From NCBI GenBank assembly GCA_029259155.1, contig JAPDJI010000024.1:1-15391 (forward strand): a DNA stretch of 15,391 nt, in the 5' to 3' direction. Below, one piece after another: positions 7,179 through 15,210 of this stretch. Every line of letters starts with the position of its first letter. The first letter of the stretch is position 1. The notes beneath the pieces are model-generated. The model ran no database searches. It was given only the letters and a program-made list of their open reading frames with translations, and was not told the DNA's origin. Origin of the DNA: Candidatus Methanomethylicia archaeon (GTDB lineage Archaea; Thermoproteota; Methanomethylicia; Nezhaarchaeales; B40-G2). Made by a program: the position numbers and the translations under genes.

Positions 7179-7179
7179 A

Positions 7180-7647
7180 ATGCTAAGAAAACTGGACCGG
7201 GAGATCATAGTTAAACTGATGGAGGATTCACGTTCCCCCATATACAGGATAGCTAGAGAACTGGGGGTTAGCAGACAGGCTGTGGCGAAGAGGCTTGAGA
7301 AGCTGAAGCGAGAAGGCATGGTCAAGTTCACGGCTATACCCGACCCTAAGTCCCTCGGCTTAATGTTGAAGGCCTACATCCTCGTCAGGGTGGCTCCAGG
7401 AGACGAGGTGAGGAGCAGGTTTGAGAATAAGGTTAAACGGTTGAGGCAGGTGTCGCAGGTGCACTACGTGTACGGACGGTTCGACGTCCTCATAGAGGTG
7501 CTGGTTAAAGACCACGACGAGCTCTCCAGGCTGGTCAAATCGCTACATAGGCTTAAAGGCGTACTGGAGACGGAGACCTATATTGTTAGGGAGCCTATCA
7601 AGGACAGGTTCTTGGACCCCTTACTTCGAGCCCTCAAGGCTTCTTAG
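7180..7647 (+). CDS. Lrp/AsnC-family transcriptional regulator
   Basis: N-terminal HTH LDREIIVKLMEDSR..IARELGVSRQAVAKRLEKL..G and C-terminal RAM domain VYGRFDVL...GVLETETYIV. Confidence 0.93.
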   Translation: MLRKLDREIIVKLMEDSRSPIYRIARELGVSRQAVAKRLEKLKREGMVKFTAIPDPKSLGLMLKAYILVRVAPGDEVRSRFENKVKRLRQVSQVHYVYGRFDVLIEVLVKDHDELSRLVKSLHRLKGVLETETYIVREPIKDRFLDPLLRALKAS

Positions 7648-8409
7648 AAAGCTCCTCAAAGCCTCGTTAAACTCCTTAGGCTTCTCCAGCATGGAGGCGT
7701 GGCCAGCGCCTTCCACCACCACAAGCCTCGAGCCAGCTATGTGTTTATGTAGGTATTCAGCCCACCTAACCGGCGTCAACTTGTCCTCGCTTCCCACCAG
7801 TATCAGCGTGGGTACCTTCACCTCGCTCAGCCTATCCCTAAAGTCGAAGGCGTTACATGCCTTAAAGTTCCTGTAGGCTACGTGGAGCGGCACCTTCATC
7901 ATCTCGGCTATGGAGGCTTCCAGGAGCGCCTTATCGACCGTGGAAGCGAAGGACATGGGTGCTATCACCTCCTCCACGGTCCTCCTATAATCCCTACTCA
8001 ACCCCTCCAAGATCTCGGGGAGGACGCCTAGCTTAGCCCCTGTATTGGCGAGGGCCAGCCCTTTAACCCTCCTAGGCGCTTCGGCGGCGAGGGTCATGGC
8101 TATAGCTCCACCCATGGAGTGCCCGACCACCACCGCCTCCTCTACGCCTAAAACCTCCAAGAAACTATTCATTAAACCGGCTAGGTAGGCTATGTCCACC
8201 TCTCCTTGAAGGTCGCTTGACCCTCCATGCCCAGGGAGGTCAGGCGCTAAAGCCTCGAAGCCCTCCTCCTCAGCCATCCGTAGCTGGAAGACCCAAGCCA
8301 TGCTGGAGCCCAAGGCGCCATGAATAAAGAGGACCTTCATCGAGCCCTGCCCAGCTACACGGTAGCTTAGCTTAACTCCCTGCACGGTAACCTCCTTCAA
8401 AGGCCTCAC
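7621..8409 (-). CDS. Alpha/beta hydrolase (esterase/lactonase-like)
   Basis: FIHG, DLPGHGGS, nucleophile elbow GHSMGG, acid GSEDKL and His in AGHA form a complete catalytic triad. GTG start overlaps the upstream TGA (GTGA). Confidence 0.92.
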   Translation of the reverse strand: MRPLKEVTVQGVKLSYRVAGQGSMKVLFIHGALGSSMAWVFQLRMAEEEGFEALAPDLPGHGGSSDLQGEVDIAYLAGLMNSFLEVLGVEEAVVVGHSMGGAIAMTLAAEAPRRVKGLALANTGAKLGVLPEILEGLSRDYRRTVEEVIAPMSFASTVDKALLEASIAEMMKVPLHVAYRNFKACNAFDFRDRLSEVKVPTLILVGSEDKLTPVRWAEYLHKHIAGSRLVVVEGAGHASMLEKPKEFNEALRSFLRSLEGSK

Positions 8410-8834
8410 CTAGTGTAGCTGGTGGTGGGTCCTGGCTCCTCACGTCTTCCAGAAGGTGTAGGCGGAGGGCCTATCGGAGGTATGGGTGGAGGTATGTTGA
8501 GGCTCCTCGAGATAATGATGGCCTCCGTGATACATGCCGTTGAGACCGCCTGTATAACCTGAGGGGGAGGGCGGCGGCTACGTTTCTGCTCCTCCATAAC
8601 CGCCTCCACCTCCTCCTCGGTCCCAGTTACCATAGCCTTCCCCTTGATGCTTATGTGGGCTATTGGAGGCGAGTAGTTTATGGTGAACATGAAGGGAGCC
8701 TCCAGCCCGCTAGCGGTCCTCGTGGCCTCCATCACGTTGATGTTTATGGATAGGTTAGCCTTAGCGGGCAGAGGCTTATCGTAGTCCCAAAGCCTCTCCC
8801 CGGAAAGACTAATGATGCGTATGTCTACTCTCAA
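8406..8834 (-). CDS. Hypothetical protein, 142 aa, with a Pro-rich tail
   Basis: Tightly coupled between two clear genes (2-bp gap upstream, 4-bp overlap downstream). Alternating beta-strand pattern, then helices, then IPPPIPP. Confidence 0.8.
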   Translation of the reverse strand: MRVDIRIISLSGERLWDYDKPLPAKANLSININVMEATRTASGLEAPFMFTINYSPPIAHISIKGKAMVTGTEEEVEAVMEEQKRSRRPPPQVIQAVSTACITEAIIISRSLNIPPPIPPIGPPPTPSGRREEPGPTTSYTR

Positions 8835-8836
8835 AC

Positions 8837-9877
8837 CTAAGCCCCCGTTATTGAACGCATCTTCTCTACTATAGCTTCCGCCATATCTAAGGTGCTCGAT
8901 CCTCCGCCTAGGTCTGGCGTAACCCTTCTCCGCTCGCGCAGCACTTGGTTCACCGCTTCTTCCAGCAGCTTAGCTGCCTTCTTCTCCCCTAGCCAGTCCA
9001 GCATCATCTTCGAGGCTAAGATAGCGCCGCATGGGTTAGCAACTCCTCTACCAGCATACTTAGCAGCGGTGCCGTGGACAGGCTCAAACATGGCGTAGCG
9101 CTCCCCTATATTGGCTGAGGCAGCTACGCCGAGCCCACCCGTAACGCCTGCAGCTGCATCTGACAGGATATCTCCGAAGAGGTTGGTGGTTACCAATACG
9201 TCGAAGCTCTGTGGACGCCTCGAGATCGCGTAGGCTGCGGCGTCCACGAACATCTCCTCGCACTCCACGTCAGGGTAGTTCTTAGCCACCTCCAAGCATA
9301 CTTGTCGAAAGAGGCCGCAGGTCTCCTTCAATATGTTGGCTTTATGCACCACCGTCACCTTCCTCCTACCCTGCTTCCTCGCAAGGTCGAAGGCAAACCT
9401 AGCAATACGCTCAGACCCCTTCTCGGTTATGAGGCGTAGGCTAATGGCTCCTCCATCCAACCTATACTCGTGGCCAGCGTAGAGGCCCTCGGTGTTTTCG
9501 CGGACGATAACCATGTCCACGCCTTTATGAACCGCCTCCACCCCCTCTCTAGACTTGAAGGGGCGGACGTTAGCGTAGAGGTCGAGGCTCGCCCTAAGCG
9601 TAACCGCGACGCTCCTGTAGCTTCTAGGCCCTGTAGGCGTGGTGGTGGGGCCTTTCAGCAGTGCTCTACAAGACTTGATCAGCTCAAGGTCCTCCTCGCT
9701 TATCTGAACCCCTGTCTTCTCCCAGCGTTTCATCCCTGCCTCCACGTACTCGAAGTTAAACCCAACCTTAGGGTAGACGTCCTCCAGCCCCTTAAGCACC
9801 TTGAGCGCAGCCTCCACGACTTCAGGGCCCACCCCGTCGCCTGGAATGACAGCTACCCTATACTGCGCCAGCTCCAC
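8837..9877 (-). CDS. Isocitrate/isopropylmalate dehydrogenase family protein (IDH-like motifs, NADP-type signature)
   Basis: PGDGVGPEV, LKGPTTTP, LRASLDLYANVRP, VRENTEGLY, VHKANILK, NLFGDILSD and FEPVHGTAAKYAG motifs. Confidence 0.92.
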   Translation of the reverse strand: MELAQYRVAVIPGDGVGPEVVEAALKVLKGLEDVYPKVGFNFEYVEAGMKRWEKTGVQISEEDLELIKSCRALLKGPTTTPTGPRSYRSVAVTLRASLDLYANVRPFKSREGVEAVHKGVDMVIVRENTEGLYAGHEYRLDGGAISLRLITEKGSERIARFAFDLARKQGRRKVTVVHKANILKETCGLFRQVCLEVAKNYPDVECEEMFVDAAAYAISRRPQSFDVLVTTNLFGDILSDAAAGVTGGLGVAASANIGERYAMFEPVHGTAAKYAGRGVANPCGAILASKMMLDWLGEKKAAKLLEEAVNQVLRERRRVTPDLGGGSSTLDMAEAIVEKMRSITGA

Positions 9878-9931
9878 ACACCCATTCTTCAGCGCAGCCT
9901 CGTCCCTAATAATAGATATGGCTCCCTCAAC

Positions 9932-10426
9932 CTATGTCAGCTTAATCACCCACTCGCAGGAGACTTCGCTTAACGGGGCTGGGCGCGGACCGTAGGTGCA
10001 CGTAGCTCTACCCTTCAGCCCTAAGCCCTCCACGAAGCCTTCGAGCACCTTGGACGTGAACCTCGAGCAGTCATAGCTCTCCGCCCTCCACTTCACCAGG
10101 GCGTTCTTGGCGGAGCAGCCATAGATCTTGAGCCTCACCCCATCGCCTTCCCCCTCCAGCTCTATGTGTTCAAGCAGCGCCCAGTGTGAAACCTTGAAAG
10201 CCTCTAGGAGCCGCTGTAAACCCTTCAGCTTCTTGGGGAGAAGCCTAGCCAACCCTTCACCCTCCCTGAAGCCAACCCTCCAGCCAAGCCTAAGCCACTC
10301 CTCGCTTTCGAAGAACTCTGAGCCGTAGCGCTTAACTATCAACGCTATGGTCCTCCACCATCCATAGGTACAAGCAAGCCCTAGGTTCCTGATGGCCTCC
10401 TCCATGAAGCGCCGAGACCTACGCAT
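9932..10426 (-). CDS. Hypothetical Cys-containing protein, V4R/DUF6125-like ligand-binding fold (tentative)
   Basis: 164-aa ORF with the pattern SHWA..IE..VRLKIYGCSA..YDC..LEGF..ATC..P..SCEW, which recalls V4R/ATC-hydrolase-like domains. Confidence 0.7.
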   Translation of the reverse strand: MRRSRRFMEEAIRNLGLACTYGWWRTIALIVKRYGSEFFESEEWLRLGWRVGFREGEGLARLLPKKLKGLQRLLEAFKVSHWALLEHIELEGEGDGVRLKIYGCSAKNALVKWRAESYDCSRFTSKVLEGFVEGLGLKGRATCTYGPRPAPLSEVSCEWVIKLT

Positions 10427-10465
10427 AAGGTAGAGAAGCTCGTAGGGAACTGTTATGTTTTAAGC

Positions 10466-10514
10466 GCCCCGTTAAGGACGGGGCCCAGCCTCAGCCTTAA
10501 AGGAGAGGTGAGGC
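10466..10514. repeat. Two tandem GC-rich hairpins in a divergent intergenic region
   Basis: GCCCCGT-TAAGG-ACGGGGC (10466-10484, perfect 7-bp stem) and GCCTCA(g)CCT-taaaggag-AGGTGAGGC (10488-10514). Confidence 0.55.
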
Positions 10515-10571
10515 ATCCAGGTGGAGCTATCTTTAACTGCATAGGTTGAAGAGCTATCTAGGGGCTGAGGT

Positions 10572-12140
10572 TTGAGGAAACCTTGGCTCAAGAACTGGCC
10601 TGACTACGTGCCTAGAACCATAAAGTACCCTAGAGCCCCTCTCCACTGGCTACTGACCAACGCGGCTGAGAGGTTTAAGGAGGACATCGCTCTGCTCTAC
10701 GAAGACCGCGCCTTCACCTTCGCTGAGCTGGCTTCTAAGGCCGCTAGCTTCGCTGGCTGGCTAGCTAACATGGGGGTCTCTAAGGGGCTTAGGGTAGCCC
10801 TCTACATGGCCAACTCCCCCTTCTTCGTCATAGGCTACTACGGGTCCTTGATGGCCGGCGCCACCGTGGTCGCCTTAAACCCTCTGTTAAAGGAGAGGGA
10901 GGCTATCTACCAGCTGGAGGACGCTGAGGTAGAGGTCATCGTGGCTGACGAGGTAGGCTACGCTACGTTAAAAAGGATAGAGCAGGCGGTCAAGGTAAGC
11001 AAACTAGTATTGACGGAGACATCCTCCAGCGAGGCTCCAAGCCTAGAAGGCATTGCTGCGCTGGGCCTTAAACGCCCTGAGGTAAAGGTGAAGCCTGAGG
11101 AAGACGTAGCCGTGATCCAGTACACGGCAGGCACCACGGCTGAGCCTAAAGGAGTGATGTTGACCCACTACAACCTGCTCTCCAACGCCATAGCCATAGC
11201 CAAAGTAACCCTCCTTAGACGCCATGAAGTCCAGCTAGGCGCGTTGCCCCTCTACCACTCCTACGGTATGACCAACGTCATGAACGCTTCGCTATACGTA
11301 GGCGCCTCGGTAGCCTTAATGAAGCGCTTCGACGTTGAGGCTGCGCTGCGCATCGTAGAGAAGCATAGGGTCAACGTGTGGTTCGGCGTGCCGGCCATGT
11401 TTATCGCCGCGCTGCACCACCTAAAGACCTGCCCCCACGACTTAAGCTCGCTACGCTTCTGTAATAGCGGTGGAGGCCCCATCGCCAGCGAGGTGGTAGA
11501 GGAGTTCGAGAAGCTTACGGGCGTGCTCCTCATGCAGGGCTATGGTTTAAGCGAAGCCTCGCCCGTCACCCACTCCAACATCCCCGTCAAGGGCTTGGTC
11601 AAGAACAACTCGGTGGGCATGCCCCTACCGGATACTGAGGCTAAGATCGTCGACCTAGACCTAGGCTTCAAGGAGCTACCTCCAGGCGAGGTGGGAGAAC
11701 TGGTGGTTAGAGGCCCGCAGGTCATGAAGGGGTACTGGAAGAAGCCCATCGAGACCGCTGAGGCCTTGAGGAATGGCTGGCTTTACACAGGCGACATAGC
11801 CTGGATGGATGAGGAAGGCTACTTCTACGTCGTTGACCGTAAAAAAGACGTGATCAAGTATAAGGGGTACTCCATAAGCCCAAGGGAACTCGAGGACGTG
11901 CTCTACGCACACCCAGCCGTGAAGGAGTGCGCCGTGGTCGGTAAGCCTGACCCCATCGCTGGCGAGGTGCCTAAAGCCATCGTAGTGTTGAGGGAAGGCT
12001 TCCAGACAACCCCGGAGGAAATCATGAAGTTTGTGGAGGAGAGGGTAGCGCCGTACAAGAAGATACGGGAAGTAGAGTTTAGGGAAGAGCTGCCTAAAAG
12101 CGCCATAGGCAAGATATTGAGGAGGCTTCTACGAAGCTAG
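10572..12140 (+). CDS. Long-chain fatty acid--CoA ligase (AMP-forming, FadD-like)
   Basis: N-terminal KPWLKNWP, P-loop QYTAGTTAEPKG, QGYGLSEASP, GWLYTGDIA, VDRKKD and LPKSAIGKILRR. Confidence 0.92.
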   Translation: MRKPWLKNWPDYVPRTIKYPRAPLHWLLTNAAERFKEDIALLYEDRAFTFAELASKAASFAGWLANMGVSKGLRVALYMANSPFFVIGYYGSLMAGATVVALNPLLKEREAIYQLEDAEVEVIVADEVGYATLKRIEQAVKVSKLVLTETSSSEAPSLEGIAALGLKRPEVKVKPEEDVAVIQYTAGTTAEPKGVMLTHYNLLSNAIAIAKVTLLRRHEVQLGALPLYHSYGMTNVMNASLYVGASVALMKRFDVEAALRIVEKHRVNVWFGVPAMFIAALHHLKTCPHDLSSLRFCNSGGGPIASEVVEEFEKLTGVLLMQGYGLSEASPVTHSNIPVKGLVKNNSVGMPLPDTEAKIVDLDLGFKELPPGEVGELVVRGPQVMKGYWKKPIETAEALRNGWLYTGDIAWMDEEGYFYVVDRKKDVIKYKGYSISPRELEDVLYAHPAVKECAVVGKPDPIAGEVPKAIVVLREGFQTTPEEIMKFVEERVAPYKKIREVEFREELPKSAIGKILRRLLRS

Positions 12141-14584
12141 AAGCCTCTACGCCTACGTAGATAGAGGGCTACGGATACAGCTACACCTATTATCGACGCT
12201 ACGGAGAGGATGACCGGTATCGAGAACACGACCTCCACCTGAACCCTCGTGGACGTTGAGGTGTGGCCCTCCACTTTAACCACTTGTCCTAGGTACTTCA
12301 CCTCAACGGTATAGTTCCCGCACGGTATCATCTCTATTAGCGCTACCCCGCCTCCACCAGTAGCTGTTGTCACCGTGGTTCCGTTTGAAAGCGTCACCGC
12401 CACCTCTGCCCCCTCCACCGGCAGCTTATATGGGTCTTGAACCCTCACCTCTAGGTCGTAGACCTTACAGTTGAGGGTGAAGGTGGTAGGCCAGTAAACC
12501 ATCAACGTGGGGGCGGGTGTAGGCTTCACATCTACCCCATGCCACATAACCTCCTCCACCACCCATTCACCTCTATCCACCCATACATCGGTGAACTCCG
12601 TGAACATCTCCTCGCGCTGGTTGCTGGTCAACGTCATCCAGGATGGAGGAGGGATATCCTTAGCTCCAGCCACGTCCTTGAAGATGAAGCTGCACAGGTA
12701 CTGGGTCTTCCAAGAGGCCATTAAGGTCTTAGGCCCATCCACCAACACCTCCACCGTGGTCGACGTGGAGCTAAGGTCCCCGCTCCATCCTAGAAACACC
12801 CTCCTAGTACCGTTACCATGGTAGAACGGGCTCGCAACGCTTACCTCAACCACTTCTCCTTCCCTAAACCACCCTCCACCTGTCGGTGAGCCGTAGTCTG
12901 AAACCACTGTAATGAGGTGTTCGACCGCGTATAGGGCTTCAAGCTCCACGTTATGGTCAAGGTACAGAGGCCTAGGGTTATCCATCACCCCGTCGAGCCA
13001 CCCTGTAAATACAAGCCTAGAACCCTCCGCGTAGGTGAAAGGCGTCTCCACCTCCACCTCGTAGAGGCCTGGGTCTAGGTGGAGCTCCACGTAGCCTGAA
13101 GCGTTAGTATAGTAGCTGGCGCCGTTAACCTTCACCTCCATGCCCTCCATGCTCAGCTTAACCAGCAGCTTAACCTTCACCTCCACCGTGAAGGAGGCTT
13201 CGTTGTTAGCCTCGTTACCCTCAGCCACCTGCCCCAAAGCATCCACCACCCAGAGCACCTCGTGGCTACCTGCCTCCGCCGTCCACTCCACGCTAAGCTC
13301 TACTCTACTCCCCGCCTCCAGCCCATCGACCTGGAAGATGTGGTAGAGCGAGCCGTCGATGTAGAGGTAGACCTTGAACGACCCTGCGTCCTCGTTGCCG
13401 ATGTTCTCCACCATAGCCTTAAACACCACGGAGTCGCCGGCTAAGATCTCTTCAGGAGTCGCTGAGACGCTGGTAATCGTTAGGTCGGGGGACCTGTAAA
13501 CCACGTCGATGAGGTAGGCGTGATCCGTCTTTGAGACCAAGGTTACCGTTAACCTGTAGGTGGGATCGTCAAACACAGTCGTCTCTCCTGGGCCTATATC
13601 GAAGGCTGCGTCGCTCAACGTAGCCGTAGAGGGGTTAGCGTCGCGAACCCTTACGATGCCTTCCCCCGACTCTAAGCTATCGTCGCACAGCGTCACTAAT
13701 ACGCCCTCGTCTGGTAGGCCTTCGTCGAAGCCTAGCTTAGCCCTAACCTCGATCAAGTAGTACCTAGTGTCGCTTAACGGTACCTTAACCACTTGGTGCT
13801 CGTCCACGTTCAGCTCGAGCGCGTATAGCTCCACCCTCATCGAGGCTCCAGTGCTCAGCACCATTATCCTGTTGGATGGAAGCCACCCCAGCTTGATCTT
13901 GGACCAAGCCATCATGTGAGCTGGCTTACTACCTGCAGGCGCTCCATTCCAGCTCCCCTCAGCCATCACTCCCCACGGGCCGACGAAAGCCTCCCCTCCG
14001 TAGCCATAAAGGTCTGGGAGCCCCAATGAATGGCCAAATTCATGGGCAAACGTACCTAGAGGGCTACTCTCCGAGACTACTGAAAGCCCTATCTCCACGT
14101 AGCCCTCATCGGTATCGACCCCTATAGGCCCCATGTAGGCGAAGCTCCAAATGTCCTGCTCATTACCCGTCTCGGCTTCGTCAGGGCCGGCGTGGACAAT
14201 AATAACATGGTCGTAGGCCTGGAAATCCACGTAGGGGTCGGCGGCGTCCACCGCGTCCTCTATCAGTTGATCGCACTTGGAACTATCGTCGTAGTCTATG
14301 CCGTAGCCGTAGTAGCCCATAGTGTAGGGTAGCACATACCAACCCTTAACATCGATCGTCAGCCTAGCGGAGCCGTATGAAACCTCAACCACGTAGTCGT
14401 TGAGCTGCTGAAGGATGGCCTCCAAGCTGCTCGTGGACACAGTATGGGGCGTATCCGTGAACTCCACTAGGACGACCACGACCTTCAACTCGCCCTGCGT
14501 AGCGTAAGCCCAAGCCGACCCTTGGACATACACCGCTACGAACAACATAAAGATAGACAAAGCTAAAACGAACTTCCTACTCAA
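12137..14584 (-). CDS. Secreted, membrane-anchored M6-family (immune inhibitor A-like) zinc metalloprotease with CARDB/Ig-like domains
   Basis: N-terminal signal peptide, IIVHAG, HEFGHSLGLPDLY zinc motif, Met-turn WGVMAEGSW, WSKIKLGW and EGVLV. CARDB-like segment PDLTIT..VENIG..EGNEANN. C-terminal TM helix followed by RRRR. Confidence 0.92.
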   Translation of the reverse strand: MSRKFVLALSIFMLFVAVYVQGSAWAYATQGELKVVVVLVEFTDTPHTVSTSSLEAILQQLNDYVVEVSYGSARLTIDVKGWYVLPYTMGYYGYGIDYDDSSKCDQLIEDAVDAADPYVDFQAYDHVIIVHAGPDEAETGNEQDIWSFAYMGPIGVDTDEGYVEIGLSVVSESSPLGTFAHEFGHSLGLPDLYGYGGEAFVGPWGVMAEGSWNGAPAGSKPAHMMAWSKIKLGWLPSNRIMVLSTGASMRVELYALELNVDEHQVVKVPLSDTRYYLIEVRAKLGFDEGLPDEGVLVTLCDDSLESGEGIVRVRDANPSTATLSDAAFDIGPGETTVFDDPTYRLTVTLVSKTDHAYLIDVVYRSPDLTITSVSATPEEILAGDSVVFKAMVENIGNEDAGSFKVYLYIDGSLYHIFQVDGLEAGSRVELSVEWTAEAGSHEVLWVVDALGQVAEGNEANNEASFTVEVKVKLLVKLSMEGMEVKVNGASYYTNASGYVELHLDPGLYEVEVETPFTYAEGSRLVFTGWLDGVMDNPRPLYLDHNVELEALYAVEHLITVVSDYGSPTGGGWFREGEVVEVSVASPFYHGNGTRRVFLGWSGDLSSTSTTVEVLVDGPKTLMASWKTQYLCSFIFKDVAGAKDIPPPSWMTLTSNQREEMFTEFTDVWVDRGEWVVEEVMWHGVDVKPTPAPTLMVYWPTTFTLNCKVYDLEVRVQDPYKLPVEGAEVAVTLSNGTTVTTATGGGGVALIEMIPCGNYTVEVKYLGQVVKVEGHTSTSTRVQVEVVFSIPVILSVASIIGVAVSVALYLRRRRGF

Positions 14585-14632
14585 CAGCAGCTCACACCCA
14601 GCCCAAAAGCCACCAACACTTACAGCTCACAG

Positions 14633-14642
14633 TATAAATAAA
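14633..14642 (-). promoter_or_regulatory. Putative TATA box for the M6 protease gene
   Basis: TTTATTTATA on the minus strand, about 50-60 bp upstream of TTG 14584. It also reads TATAAATA on the plus strand. Confidence 0.5.
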
Positions 14643-14979
14643 GTTAAACCAGATCGTTAGTACAGATCCTTAAGACATTAAACTTTCCTTAAGTGGAAAG
14701 GTAGGAGGTTTTTTTATCCCTAAGTGGACTCGAGGAAGGATTGATCAGTAAGGTTCACCGACGTGGACCAGGTACTCTTCAACGTTGAGCTATCTATGGC
14801 CCTATAGCTAACCCAACTTAACCTTACTTCAACTAACCTGTCTAAGCCCCTCTTCAGCCTCTTCCCTACCTTAAAGCCAACCAAAGCCAAGGTGCCCTTA
14901 AGGAAGAACCATGCATTATAACAATGAAGCTTCACGTAGAGCTATCATTAATTCCAAGATAATCCAAGCAACCTAAATC

Positions 14980-15192
14980 TTAAAGGTAGCCTAAGGCCCT
15001 AAGCCTCCTCTTGATCTCTTCCTCCTCCTCAGGGCTATAGACCTCTTCAGCCTCCTCCTTCACTATTTCATTAAGCACGAACTCCACGTACTCCTCAACG
15101 CTCTTAAACTCTCCTTGGCTTTCCTCCACCCTACGCTTGATTTCATCGTATAGCTTACGAGGAATAGTTATGGACACCCTCTCCTCCGACAT
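14980..15192 (-). CDS. Ribbon-helix-helix (CopG/MetJ/Arc-like) protein with acidic C-terminal EEEEEIKRRLRALGYL tail
   Basis: VSITIPRKLYDEIKRRV...FKSVEEYVEFVL follows the RHH strand-helix-helix pattern. Confidence 0.88.
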   Translation of the reverse strand: MSEERVSITIPRKLYDEIKRRVEESQGEFKSVEEYVEFVLNEIVKEEAEEVYSPEEEEEIKRRLRALGYL

Positions 15193-15210
15193 TACCTAAA
15201 GCCCCCTAGA

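Noticed and set aside
10488-10514. Hairpin as an archaeal SECIS element
   Set aside because: It lacks the GAA/A internal loop, and neighbouring genes have no in-frame TGA.
12140-12230. Archaeosortase signal at the M6 protease C-terminus
   Set aside because: A TM helix and basic tail are present, but there is no PGF/PEF-type motif. Treated as a plain membrane anchor.
5838-13760. Remaining short nested ORFs (5838, 6965, 7089, 7583, 8892, 9470, 9801, 10128, 11043-12112, 12507-13760)
   Set aside because: They lie mostly within or antisense to confident genes and have no recognisable motifs.
14720-14935. 71-aa minus-strand ORF
   Set aside because: GTG start without a clear SD and no recognisable motif. 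It cannot be supported as a gene, though it is not excluded.
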